A stretch of 64,000 nt of DNA, taken from the NCBI GenBank assembly GCA_950097015.1, contig CATNEN010000003.1, positions 6,386,001-6,450,000 on the forward strand, written 5' to 3'. The first letter of the stretch is position 1. Each line of letters opens with the position of its first letter. The position numbers and the translations under genes were made by a program. Source of the DNA: Macrostomum hystrix (taxonomy: Eukaryota > Animalia > Platyhelminthes). This document shows, one piece after another, positions 11,179 to 23,041 of this stretch. The notes beneath the pieces were generated by a model. It worked only from the letters and a program-made list of their open reading frames with translations. It was not told the origin of the DNA and made no database searches.

Positions 11179-13837
11179 GTTTGGGCGATTGGATGTTGTG
11201 AAGATGATGGATGTTGTTGAACGTTTGGATATCGTCCTTTTCGTAGACGTTGAGTTGCCGTCTTGTGTCCAATGATATTTTTCTGCTTTCGTTTTGAATA
11301 TTTGACTACACGGCAAATGATTGATCAGTTTCCAAGGCGTCATTTTTACGACGTAAACATCACACGAGAATTGAATGAGAATGAGTTTATTTTGAGCTCA
11401 ACATACAGACCAACGTCCGTATTCATAGGAATGAAGAATCCAGTGTCAGTTGTAAATCATATTTTGAGCCGTGGTTTTAGGATGTTGAAGTCCTCTGCTG
11501 CATTATTTTTGTCTAGAAGCCATGCATCACTAGAGTTGCAGCAGATGATTGACAGATTGGGGATGGGAAGCTCAGCTTCAACAGTTGAAGCTATTCTAAA
11601 AATCTAAAAGCTGGCACTAATTTTAGACAATAATCTAGCTATAGCGTCTTTTTGAAAACGAATTCCTTCACTGCAACGCAACGGACCTTGTCAAGGATGT
11701 ATTTAATCGAGGATTTAATTTTGTTGCCTTCAGTATGACGTGTGAATAATCATTTTTCGGATGAAAGGATGGGCAATGCGCGATGCTGCCTGCATTTAAA
11801 TTTTAAGAGATTTGGCTATTGCTGTCAGTCTAACTGTTGCAATTAATATTAATACGAGTTATTATCTTCTTCTGCAATCTACGAGTATCCAATATATTGC
11901 ATCAGCGACCTTGATGTGTTTAACGTTCTGCCACTGACCCCCAGGCTAAGAAGGATAGCGAAGAGAGTAAGCTATCACAATTAGATCGCCAAGATCTAAA
12001 TTTGTGATTCATGATTCCTCAGGTTATTGAAGTTGATAAGAAAGTGAATCTCTATTTTTTCCGCGACGTCATTGTTTGGTGAATCTTTGTGTTGTAGTGC
12101 TTCTTCTAATTGCACTTCTCTAGTAGTTCAAACTCTCCTTCCTTAATAATGCATACTGTAAATGGTTGGCCTAAAACTCCTTATTTACTGCCTACAGTCA
12201 CTTAAAGTGACATATACATTATACCACACCCCTGCTCGGGTGGACTTGTACAAACTACAGATAGTTTGGGTAGCGTGGCTATTTGTCACGATATTTCTGG
12301 CCTCCTGCCAGTTATATTCTAGATATTGAATCTAGTTAGATCTGGAGACAATGCTCTCAGGTGATTCAGACAAGTTTTTGTCAGGTAATTCAGGCTCTCT
12401 GGCCAGTCTGTACTCGGGCTTCCCCGGATCGGTTTCAACGGCTTCCACTTACTTTAGAAATAAGTAAGGCTTTGTAAGATTGCTCACGAGGAGAATTGAA
12501 CTGTTTCTAATAATGGGCACGAAACGGTTAGCTATCTTCAGTCCCTTCTGTCTCTATTTATAGTAATTTTCCCAAATACGCTGGATGTATACGCAGTATA
12601 TTTTTACATTTTAAACAAATCGAATATGTCTAATATTATAAGCATATACGTAACATATTTTTAGCACGAATTCAAATTAGCCTACTACATTTGTTTCATG
12701 AATTTAGGCCTGTACTAGCCTCTAGTGTAGTCTAACCAACTTAGCATCACAAAAACGTTTTCAATTTTGTATTGCATCTGAGTTAAAAAGAATATAATAA
12801 TAACAAGACTTACATGTATTCGACAATAAGCACTTGCACTTAGATTTTAAGCCTTTATCCAGAATGTTCTATAATTTAAGATGCCCGGTCCATCTAGCTC
12901 GTAATACGCTTTCAAATTAAGATCGAACGGCATCTCATAGTTACTCTTCGTGTGTTATTCCATCTTCGATTTCACCTCGTCTAGAACTCAGTGAAGCAGA
13001 AGTTGAAGGCTTTTAAGTTCCCACTTTAGTTGTCGGTTACTTAATTGAAAGCAAAATCAAAAACTATCAAAATCTGAAAATATTGGAGCAACTGCACGCG
13101 TGCTTTAGAAAGAAGATAAAAATAGCTCGTCGTTTCTAAATGTCATAATCTGTGCTAACACATGATCTTGAGGAGATTTTAGTACTGAAGCTTCATAATT
13201 TTCGCACGAATGATAACAGAGGAAATTCAGAATAGCATGACGCGTTCAGATTTGTTTTACAAATATCAAAAAGAGATAGTCAACAATCCAAGCCAAATTA
13301 AAATGAGAACTTGCGACAAATGAATAAGGACAAAAAAATTGATAGTTATTAACGAAAAAAAACAATTTTTTCAAAACGATGAGCACAGTTTCAAGTTGAA
13401 TGCAAGTTGAATTATTAACCTGCATGGCTGGAGCTCTCTGAGAAGTTATTAAGAAGTCAATATGAATGCCGACAACTAGAACGTTTTCGCCTTTGTGACA
13501 ATTACTTGGCTCGGGTTTAAAAGGTTAGCCTGCAGCTGACCTTGTGTATTTACACATATATAGCCCTTAATATGTAAAAACCAACAGTCACATGGACCAA
13601 GAAATCTCGCAAAAATTACGGCCAGGTAATTGCTTCACGCAAAGAAACAAACAATTTAAAGACCAATAAACGTTAGAAAAATAGGTCGAAGTAAACAGAA
13701 ACATTCCGAAATAATAGACCAGAGAGGTCGCCAGTCTAAATTATCCTGAATTAAACCCGTATACATCTATTTTATAAGAGCATGAATCGCGCACGACATT
13801 CATGACGACGAATTTCAGTGTGAATTCGCTGAATTAA

Positions 13838-14596
13838 TCAGTCAAATGGGTTGACGCATTCGCACAGAACAGCTACCGGGGTGAGCGAGAAATCTCGAAA
13901 GTCGGAAAGGTTGCTGTGCGCATTCCAGCGACCGGTGGCGTTTTCATTGTCGTCTCCGTTGTACCCGCTGGGATCCCCTGTGCCCCACAGACTGCCGTCC
14001 AGGGTGATGTTGCAGCCGACCCAGTACCAACCTCCAGCTGGCTCCGGACTGCCAGGAGCTTGAAGACCGCCGAGCCAGATGGATGTGCCTCCAGCCTGGG
14101 CGTTGTAGATCTGCTCCACGCGAATCATCTCGGTGGTGTCCATCACATCGGCCATGATCACCAGACCGCTCTCCGACTCGCACTTCTGCCTGCTCGGCCA
14201 CCAGGTTCCCATGCCGAAGTACAGCTTGTACTTCACTCCGCACAGGTCGTCTCCGTAGCCAGTCGGACACAGCTGGCCAGCCTCGAGTCCCGGCTGCTGC
14301 TTCACAAACACCTGGCCTCTTCTGGAGCAGCTGCAGTCCCTCACCGACTTGCTGCACTTGTCAAACATGAACAGCTGACACGGACCGTCAGCCATGGTGA
14401 AGGCCTGGCAGCTTTCCATCTCGGAGCACATCATGGAGCAGTGTCGGAGAGATGTCGCAGATTGGTTTCTAACAAACTCAGGTCGGGTGCACAGGTAGCT
14501 GAGTCGAGCCGAGAAAGGTAAATTGGCACTGCTCGAGAAGAGGCATCCAGACAGCAGCAATGCCAACACGATGCTTCCCAAGACTGATTGCCACAT
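13838..14596 (-). CDS. Secreted PAN/apple + C-type lectin domain protein, copy 2 (intronless)
   Basis: Signal peptide MWQSVLGSIVLALLLSGCLFSSSA from the ATG at 14596. Core nearly identical to copies 1 and 3. Confidence 0.8.
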   Translation of the reverse strand: MWQSVLGSIVLALLLSGCLFSSSANLPFSARLSYLCTRPEFVRNQSATSLRHCSMMCSEMESCQAFTMADGPCQLFMFDKCSKSVRDCSCSRRGQVFVKQQPGLEAGQLCPTGYGDDLCGVKYKLYFGMGTWWPSRQKCESESGLVIMADVMDTTEMIRVEQIYNAQAGGTSIWLGGLQAPGSPEPAGGWYWVGCNITLDGSLWGTGDPSGYNGDDNENATGRWNAHSNLSDFRDFSLTPVAVLCECVNPFD

Positions 14597-15699
14597 ATTC
14601 AACTGTGTGCTCTGTTTAGACTTAAAGTTTTTGCTTTTGGCCACGATGTTCCTTACCTTCTTAGTCTTTTGTAGGTCTAAATAAAGCCGTGTTGAGGCAT
14701 GAAGTTCTCTGCTAGAGTTTAAATAAACCAGATGGATCTAGTTCCCAGAAATTCCGGAATTGTACATATTTTATTTGTCTAAAAATTGTTTGTGTCCGTT
14801 GCCCATAATGCTGTCTTCCCACCTAGCCCACCCCAATGTACCTGGCTCCTGTACCCTGCATGAGGGCGCAGCTGCATTTAAAAGCTGATTTGATGAAATA
14901 GTAGGAGAGCAAGCCAATTATTAATTCAGTTCTTTAAATATATGTTCACTGGAATAAAAGCTTGGCTGTGAGTAACCGTTTTGAACCCTTACCGTCACAA
15001 GGGTTCAATTACAAAATGCTTTTTCCGATATATGTGCATTATGTAATCATGACAATATTTAAAAAGTGAACAGTTAAAAAAATTATTTAGAGAAAAACAG
15101 CATATGAAAATTGCTGGTGCAGATATTGTCAGCTTTTAATATTTAAAGTAAAACGAAATGAAACACACAGACATAAAATTTATAGACCTGAAGAAAGACT
15201 ATAATCCACGTTGGTGGTTTTTTATGCTATAGTCCACTTTCTCCGAGCGGTAACGTGACCTCGTCCGATCGTCGAGTTAAACCCGCAGCATCAGCATCTA
15301 GACGAACTAGATTGGCAGCTGAAGTACGAAGCATGTCGAATAGGCTGCACGTTCATCGTTCAACATTCATCGACAACCCGTCAAACTTCAGTCCAAATGC
15401 TGCAATCGTATCGAGCCCAATGATTGGTTTTTATTTGATTGTGAGTCACTACCAGGTTGGCTTCGGCGACCCGTCCTAAAATTTCAGCAGTCGTGTGAGC
15501 AGTGCCCTGTAGCAGTGCCGTGTACGATGCACTTATCGACCAGCTCCTGGCAGGCCGCCCTGTGAGCATGGTTTAGCCGGCCAAGGCGGATGGCTGCATC
15601 TTTATCCGGTGCAACTCGGAGGAGAGTAGCAGAGCTCTATGAAATTAGCTTCTGCAAACTTCTTTGTTTCTGGTGAAGCGCGCTGCACGTTCTGGTCGA

Positions 15700-17350
15700 C
15701 TTGAGAAAGCTGTGCTTGGCAACGGCTTCGCTCTGGGTGTCTTCCTGGACATTCATGGTGCATACTTGTGCATCTGACCTGAACATATGTATGCATATGC
15801 ATAAGCGAATTCAGTGCACTCTCGATCTCACCCATGGTGCATGGTGCGTTGTGCATGGTCCTCTTCGAAGCGTTCCACAAAGCCCTCTGTGGGAGACAAA
15901 CTCACTCGTCCCTCACCAGATGGATCATGCATATGATCTGTCATCGCACGGTCACCGCCAGCCTGCTGGGCCACCAACGGACTATCCCCATCCGCAAAGG
16001 AAGCCCGCAGGGAGGGGCGCTTCTCTCCTATTCTCAGGAACATGGTCATTGACGAGCTCCTCCGGTAGGGGACGCCCGGCCTGACCCAATCCTAAAGGTT
16101 GGTTATGCGGACGACATCACTGCTGTGGCGTCTGGCTCATCAATTGACACGCTCAGTGACCTCCTTCAGAATTTCATACACACTGCTGAGGAATGGTCGG
16201 GTCGCTGCGACCTGAAGCGCTCGGACACTAAGACTGCAGTGATCATGTTCACCCACAGGACTAAGTGGCAGATACTGCCGCTTACGTTTTTTCAGTTGTA
16301 ATGGGTTTTCCCCCGCGGTTCAGCCCCAAGCCGGGGCTCTGCCGCTGTATTTTAAAAGTGACGAATTTATTTTGGGAGCCGTGGATTTGGCTGCGATATC
16401 AATATTTTATGGGTGATTTTAAAAGAATATTGTCCCCCAGTTTCATGTTGTGCGGTGCAATACTTAGAAATATCTATAAACTATAACTAAATCACAAAGA
16501 ATCAGATATACTAAGCTAAGCTCTATGCCTACAGTGCGACAACACGAGAGCTAGTGGGGGATTTAGTTAGAAAAAGTGAACCATTTGGTAGCCGCTTACG
16601 CTTTACGGAAATGAAATTTCCTGTAAGCAAACCAAGTGCTTACGGATCACACTGGACCATAGGCTGAACTGGTCTCCCCATTTTCAAACCAAAACCACGA
16701 ACGCTCTTGCGATCCTCGCGCAGCCGCGAAGGGCCGTCGGTACTTCCTCAGGGCTCACCCCCAAACGCCTCTGGTGGATCTACACTGCAATGGTGAGGCC
16801 AGCTGTCTCGTACGGCATCTTGATCTGGGCCAGCGCCCTGCAGATGAAGACCTGCCTGGAGGCCCTCAGGTGAACGCAAGGGGCGCGCATGTCGCATGAC
16901 CATGAGCACCCTATCATCTGCCCCCTTATGACGGCCTCAATGCCTTTCTTGCAACGTTCCCCCGCTGGACATTATGTCCTCAGGGAAGCAGCTAAAACGG
17001 CCCGACTGCTCATTGATGCTGGCGTCCGCTTCACGCCACACAGAGCCATGGCTAAGCGCAAGCTTCTGTCTCACGCTGACCTGTGCCTTAGAGATGAGCG
17101 AGACTGCGGCTGTTCCAAGTCTTATCTGATGGTGAACAGCGCACTCTCGATCTCACCTAGCGCTGCAACGTTCAGTTCCTCCGGGCGACAAGACAAACCA
17201 CGTTCTTCCATACGGAAGACAACGCTGCTGGACGGACCGGTGGACCACCCTGACCAGCCCCGCGCCTTCGCCTGTCAGCAGGCCTATACAGTTGTTAGAG
17301 GTATGGGCGACCCTCGCCTCCCCACTGTGTCCATTGACCAACCCTGCAGA
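15700..17350 (+). mobile_element. Degenerate non-LTR retrotransposon (LINE; R1/LOA/I-group-like RT), frameshifted
   Basis: RT motifs VFLDIHGA (~15737), GSPQGG/LSPI..NMVIDELL (~16000), GYADDITAV (16101) and GLTPKRLWWIYTAMVRPAVSYGILIW (~16750). Many frameshifts and stops. Confidence 0.85.
16287..16590. mobile_element. 304-bp non-autonomous insertion nested in the LINE, with a 10-bp target-site duplication
   Basis: GCCGCTTACG at 16277-16286 and 16591-16600. Removing the insert restores the RT frame (..TKWQILPLTLYGNEI..). Confidence 0.75.
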
Positions 17351-17539
17351 TAAGTCAAGTTAGAAAATATATAAGGCGGGGCAAAGCCGTATCTGAAGGT
17401 ACTGATGCAACCCCTGTTTAACTCTGACAGTTGTAAACAGATGGTAAATATTTTTATTCTGCACAACTTTTAAACCGAAATTAAAACTGTTTTTTATTTA
17501 TAGGTAATTAAAGACGGCAAAACTGCGACATAAGTAGAC

Positions 17540-17812
17540 TTCTTGACAGTATATCTTGACAGTGTGTCTTGACAGTATGTCTTAACAGTATGTCTTGACA
17601 GTGTGTCTTGACAGAATGTCTTGACAATATGTCTTGACAGTGTGTCTTGACAGTATGTCTTGACAGTATGTCTTGACAGTATGTCTTGACAGTGTGTCTT
17701 GACAGAATGTCTTGACAGTATGTCTTGACAGTGTGTCTTGACAGTATGTCTTGACAGTGTGTCTTGACAGTATGTCTTGACAGTATGTCTTGACAGTATG
17801 TCTTGACAGTAG
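17540..17812. repeat. 13-bp minisatellite (cagtatgtcttga)n
   Basis: About 20 tandem units. Confidence 0.95.
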
Positions 17813-17947
17813 ACATTGGGAATTGTCTACCAAAATACACAGAGTCACATTCCTGTACCAGCGTTGTAACTCCACTGTAATATAGTATTCGTATCAGTTA
17901 CTAAATCATCATCAGAAAGATTTCTGTTGCGAAAAAATTGTATTCCC

Positions 17948-18733
17948 TCAGTCGAAGGGAGACAGGCACTCGCACAGGACAGCGCCAGGTGTGCCTGAGG
18001 AATCCCAAAAGTCTGAGAGCTTATCATGCGAGGACCAGCGCCCGATAGTATTCTCGCGATTTTGATTGTTGTTCGGATCGCCACTGCCCCACAGACTGCC
18101 GTCTAGGTTGATGTTGCAGCCGACCCAGTACCAACCTCCAGCTGGCTCTGGACTGCCCGGAGCTTGAAGACCGCCGAGCCAGATGGATGTGCCTCCAGCC
18201 TGGGCGTTGTAGATCTGGTCCACGCGAATCATCTCTGTGGTGTCCATCACATCGGCCATGATCACCAGACCGCTCTCCGACTCGCACTTCTGCCTGCTCG
18301 GCCACCAGTAACCTACGCCGAAGTACAGCTTGTACTTCACTCCGCACAGGTCGTCTCCGTAGCCAGTCGGACACAGCTGGCCAGCCTCAAGTCCCGGCTG
18401 CTGCTTCACAAACACCTGGCCTCTCCTGGAGCAGCTGCAGTCCCTCACCGACTTGCTACACTTGTTGAACACGAACAGCTGACACGGACCGTCAGCCATG
18501 GTAAAGGCTTGGCAGTTTGTCATCTCGGAGCACATCATGGAGCAGTGTCGGAGAGATGTCGCAGATTGGTTTCTAACAAACCCAGGTCGGATGCACAGGT
18601 AGCCCAGTTGATTTTTGAAATTCAGGTTTGCAGCGGATGATAACAGGCGTCGATGCAGCAAGAGCAGCAGCAGCAGCAGCAGCGGCGGCGGTAGCGGCTC
18701 AAACATTGTTCTAGTGATTCCTAATAGCCGCAT
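17948..18733 (-). CDS. Secreted PAN/apple + C-type lectin domain protein, copy 3 (intronless; start 18733 or 18706)
   Basis: Poly-Leu signal peptide, same PAN + CTLD core, WGSGDPN loop, LCE. Confidence 0.8.
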   Translation of the reverse strand: MRLLGITRTMFEPLPPPLLLLLLLLLHRRLLSSAANLNFKNQLGYLCIRPGFVRNQSATSLRHCSMMCSEMTNCQAFTMADGPCQLFVFNKCSKSVRDCSCSRRGQVFVKQQPGLEAGQLCPTGYGDDLCGVKYKLYFGVGYWWPSRQKCESESGLVIMADVMDTTEMIRVDQIYNAQAGGTSIWLGGLQAPGSPEPAGGWYWVGCNINLDGSLWGSGDPNNNQNRENTIGRWSSHDKLSDFWDSSGTPGAVLCECLSPFD

Positions 18734-19697
18734 TTCAAACCACTGAAAGAGAATATATGAATGTAATGTCTTCTGTGATAATGGATGTCTCTTCCAATCA
18801 GATAGCTTTTTTGTGTTTAAAAAAGGATGTAAACTTCTAAAACTGCATTGCTTTGTGGATAAATTCCATTGAGGAGGCTATTTATGAGCCTTGGTGAGTT
18901 TGTTATCTAAAAGGGATTAAACGGACAGCGAGACATTGGGATATTTAGCAACTAGGCAACTGGTCTGAGCAGGTCTGAGCAGGTCTGAGCAGGCGAACAT
19001 TGCGAAGCGGGGTAACAGGATCCTATTATGCACTATGAGCAGATACGCCATAGGCTTGGCTAGTGGTGAACTGAGCATTGAGAAATTATATGGCCATTTG
19101 TTGGAGCTAAAAATGATTGGCTGCAGCCCTAATCTATATTCTATGTAGACGGAGGTAAGGCTGACTAGATGGCCTTGACGTTGCATGGACGTGAAAAAAA
19201 TTGGAAAAATGTTTCATTCTGCTTGTGCTGCATATTGTTACTCATTCTCCGATAAGTTCGTATTATTATCATTAGTCCAGTGTTGCCATCTGCTAAATTA
19301 TTTAACGTCTTTCTGCCAAAACTTCCTCATCCCTCGTTTCTTCCCACGCTATATCGGTTGTCATGATAAATATCCTTATTGGATAATTTAAGAATATCAA
19401 AGTTCCTTAAATTTAGAAGATTCGCTACTAGATTAACAGTAGAACTACCAAGGGGGATTTCCCCCATTACAATTTTTTGTGCTGCACCCGAACGGAGCAA
19501 GGCAAGAACACGAAACTCGGCAACACGGGCCAACTTTTTGTTGCGCATCTTCTGAAACAATAATCAAGTCGCTAGCTCGTCAGACCGTCGAGATATTCAA
19601 ATGTTTCTGGCCTAAGATCAGATTTTTCCCATTTCATTTCATTTCATACACCACTATACACGAATTTGCACTGCGCCTCAGTGCGGCCTAAGCCAAA

Positions 19698-20565
19698 CTG
19701 ATGTCCCACCCCAATCCAATCCAATGTGATGCCCCACCCCAATCCAATGTGATGCCCCACCCCAATCCAATGTGATGCCCCACCCCAATCCAAGGTGATG
19801 CCCCACCCCAATCCAAGGTGATGCCCCACCCCAATCCAATCCAATGTGATGCCCCACCCCAATCCAATGTGATGCCCCACCCCAATACAATGTGATGCCC
19901 CACCCCAATCCAATGTGATGCCCCACCCCAATCCAATGTGATGTCCCACCCCAATACAATGTGATGTCCCACCCCAATCCAATGTGATGCCCCACCCCAA
20001 TCCAAGGTGATGCCCCACCCCAATCCAATGTGATGCCCCACCCCAATCCAATGTGATGCCCCACCCCAATCCAAGGTGATGCCCCACCCCAATCCAATGT
20101 GATGCCCCACCCCAATCCAATGTGATGCCCCACCCCAATCCAATGTGATGCCCCACCCCAATTCAATGTGATGCCCCACCCCAATCCAAGGTGACGCCCC
20201 ACCCCAATCCAAGGTGATGCCCCACCCCAATCCAATGTGATGTCCCACCCCAATCCAATGTGATGCCCCACCCCAATCCAATGTGATGCCCCACCCCAAT
20301 CCAAGGTGATGCCCCACCCCAATCCAATGTGATGCCCCACCCCAATCCAATGTGATGCCCCACCCCAATCCAATGTGATGCCCCACCCCAATCCAATGTG
20401 ATGCCCCACCCCAATCCAATGTGATGCCCCACCCCAATCCAAGGTGATGCCCCACCCCAATCCAATGTGATGCCCCACCCCAATCAAAGGTAATGCCCCA
20501 CCCCAATCCAAGGTGATGCCCCACCCCAATCCAAGGTGATGCCCCACCCCAATCCAATGTGACAC
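19698..20565. repeat. 23-bp C-rich/G-rich minisatellite (tgatgccccaccccaatccaatg)n
   Basis: About 37 tandem units. The minus strand has GGGGTGGGG in every unit. Confidence 0.95.
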
Positions 20566-20798
20566 CACTAATTATAGAAATCGAATCAATAAACCACACA
20601 AGACAACTGCAAAAACTAGTTCTATTTTTGCATGCATTGTGTTTTGTCAAAGAACAATGAGATTCAATAAGATGGATTTCTGTAAGTGGCGACTCGGACT
20701 TGTATTTCAATTTCGTTGAAAATGAATGAATAACGAACGAATAAACGTGTCGAATAATGGAAGATAAGAACAAAAAGCAGCATCAAGCATTTTGTGAA

Positions 20799-20936
20799 TT
20801 ATTTAAATATCCTTTCAGGTGGGATGCACACGTAGCTGTTTTGAACTCTAAAGCTCAGATCGGCATGACAGCATAGGAAGTACCGAACCATAAACAGAAG
20901 CAGCGTGGCGTTTGCAAGAAATCTTGGCTCAGCCAT
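20799..20936 (-). pseudogene. Truncated fourth member of the PAN-lectin cluster (signal peptide plus start of the PAN domain)
   Basis: MAEPRFLANATLLLFMVRYFLCCHA-DLSFRVQNSYVCIPPE aligns with A-NLNFKNQLGYLCIRPG (copy 3) and SITFDAHNGFLCIRPE (copy 1), then stops. Confidence 0.45.
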
Positions 20937-21919
20937 TGTGGCGAGAGAAGGAATTATGGTGGGATAGAATTTTTGTCGCGATTCGTGAATTTTTGAAGTT
21001 TTGATTCTTGCAGGTTGAAAAAAAACGTTTTCTATATGCATTTCGTAGTCAACTGTCAACTCTACTCCATCTGGCTTGTTCTAGCGTCTCAATAGAGTGC
21101 ACCAGAGCACAGCTGGTTCAGTTCTGTTCTAGCTGTCTTAGGGTTCATTGTTTCCATCTATTCAGTTGGTAAGATTGGCTCGTGGGAAATGGAAACTTTG
21201 TGAGGATTAAACTTCTTTCCTTCCTTGTTTATAGTCATGTGTCAATATTCTATAATTCCTCAGCAGGTGAATAGAGGTTGTTTTATTAAGGCAAACATTT
21301 CTTGCCGAACGGTGACCCGGGTTGAATTTAAACCAATTATTTTTTCTTTTAGGACGCAATAAAGGTTTGCAAGGCGATGTTTCTGCATGGCTTGCGTGCA
21401 AATTTTGCAACCTAACGACTACAACAGGTAAGCACGTCTGTTTTTATTATTTAAGCATCGAATAATTTTGGAACTACTTTGACTACCTGTCCATTCATAT
21501 TTAAACAAAAAAAGTTTTAACCACAACAATAGTCCCTCTTTAATCGATCAATAAGGAGTCCACTTACCTTACACTCGATGATGCTAATCATGCATCGAAA
21601 GCATACACGCAAACAGCTGCATGGTACTGTGATTTTTTTGTCTTTAAATGGTGCGTTTATGCCTTGTCCATAATTCATTAAAAATTATATTGAAGGATTT
21701 TTTATTTTTTAACAGTAGCCTTTCTGTACTTGTTATAACAGTTAAGAGATTTAAAATAACATGGTAACATGGAGTGAACGTCTGTCTTTACCCACATGAA
21801 ACTATACTCTTTGATCTGTTGATCTCGTAGAACATATTTAGATCTATACCAGAACGCCTCTTTATCGTCAGGTCTTACTGTTGCTGGCGATTCGGCCTTT
21901 AAAAGCGTAGTTTAATTAG

Positions 21920-23041
21920 CAAGCAGTAAGTCTGCTCCACAAATTGCACGTGAAGAATTACTCGCCATCAACTATATGGATCTGCTCAACGATCCAAATC
22001 TGCCAAACCCAGAAAACCTCGCAATTAGAGCTGCTAATCGGGATCGGCAGAAGGACCGACCTGAGAAGCCCGCGAACGTCGACTTCCAACTGCAGCACGC
22101 TGCTCTGCCCGAAGGTTTTCTGGTTAAGGATGTTCAGGTAAGTTTTTGAGTCAAATGCTTATTTGGGTTATTGCGTTATTATAGCGTTATTGTAAACATG
22201 ATTGTCTTTTATTGTTTTCCAAAGCAACCAGGCAGGCGACACTTGCTGTTTGCAACTGAGCTAATGCTCACTCTGCTGTGCCATGCTGATACATGGTACA
22301 TGGATGGCACTTTTTACGTTGTGAACTCACCGTTTGCACAGCTGTACAGCATCCACGTCTTCATTAGCGGTCCAAGCGACAATAAAAAGCAGGTCCCGGT
22401 CCTGTTCGGAATGATGTCCGGGCGGCAGCGCGAAGACTATTGCCTGCTGCTCGCTGCTGTCCGTGCAGTCTTGTGCCACACGCACAACCTACGACTTTTG
22501 TCATGGACTTCGAGGCCGCTGCTTGGCGGGCCGTGAGGCAACTGTTTCCGCACGCTCAACTTAGAGGCTGCGCTTTTCACTATACGCAGGTGCGTGTTGT
22601 AACAAATAGTTTTATCGTTGTAACGTAAATGAGAGTTTTACGTATTATGTAATGGCTTTCAGGCCATCTACCGCCACATTCAAAGTTCCGGACTACAAAA
22701 TTTGTACGTTACCGACTTCGAAGTAAGGGAGCTCAGCGTTTTCCAGGACGTTCGTTATACAAACAACGACACCGAAGGCTGGCACAAGAAGTTAAATGCC
22801 CGAGCACAGGGAGGCCATCTTCCGTTCTACTTTCTGGTACGATTGCTGCATGCATGAGGAGGCCCATCTAGTCGCAATCGAATCGCGGCTCGTCGCTCAA
22901 GGTACCGAGTGAAGACGACAATGGGTAAATTATCGCCGGCGGGGCCTCCAGTACCTGCAGCGCTATTGTGCTGAATATCTCTCTGGAGAGCGGATCGCAG
23001 AAAAATTGTTAGAATCGTGCCGCCTGCTGAATGGCCCTTGA
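21920..23041 (+). mobile_element. Mutator-like (MULE) DNA-transposon transposase remnant with two introns
   Basis: WYMDGTF, QLYSIH, VPVLF, VMDFEAA, GCAFHYTQ and TNNDTEGWH motifs. Introns 22138-22224 and 22590-22662. Frameshift near 22470 and premature stop near 22856. Confidence 0.85.

Noticed and set aside
14981-15008. 10-bp stem hairpin TTGAACCCTT..AAGGGTTCAA
   Set aside because: Isolated; no partner terminus or element could be tied to it.
19644-20773. Long Gly/Trp/His-rich ORFs in three frames
   Set aside because: Products of a 23-bp tandem repeat.
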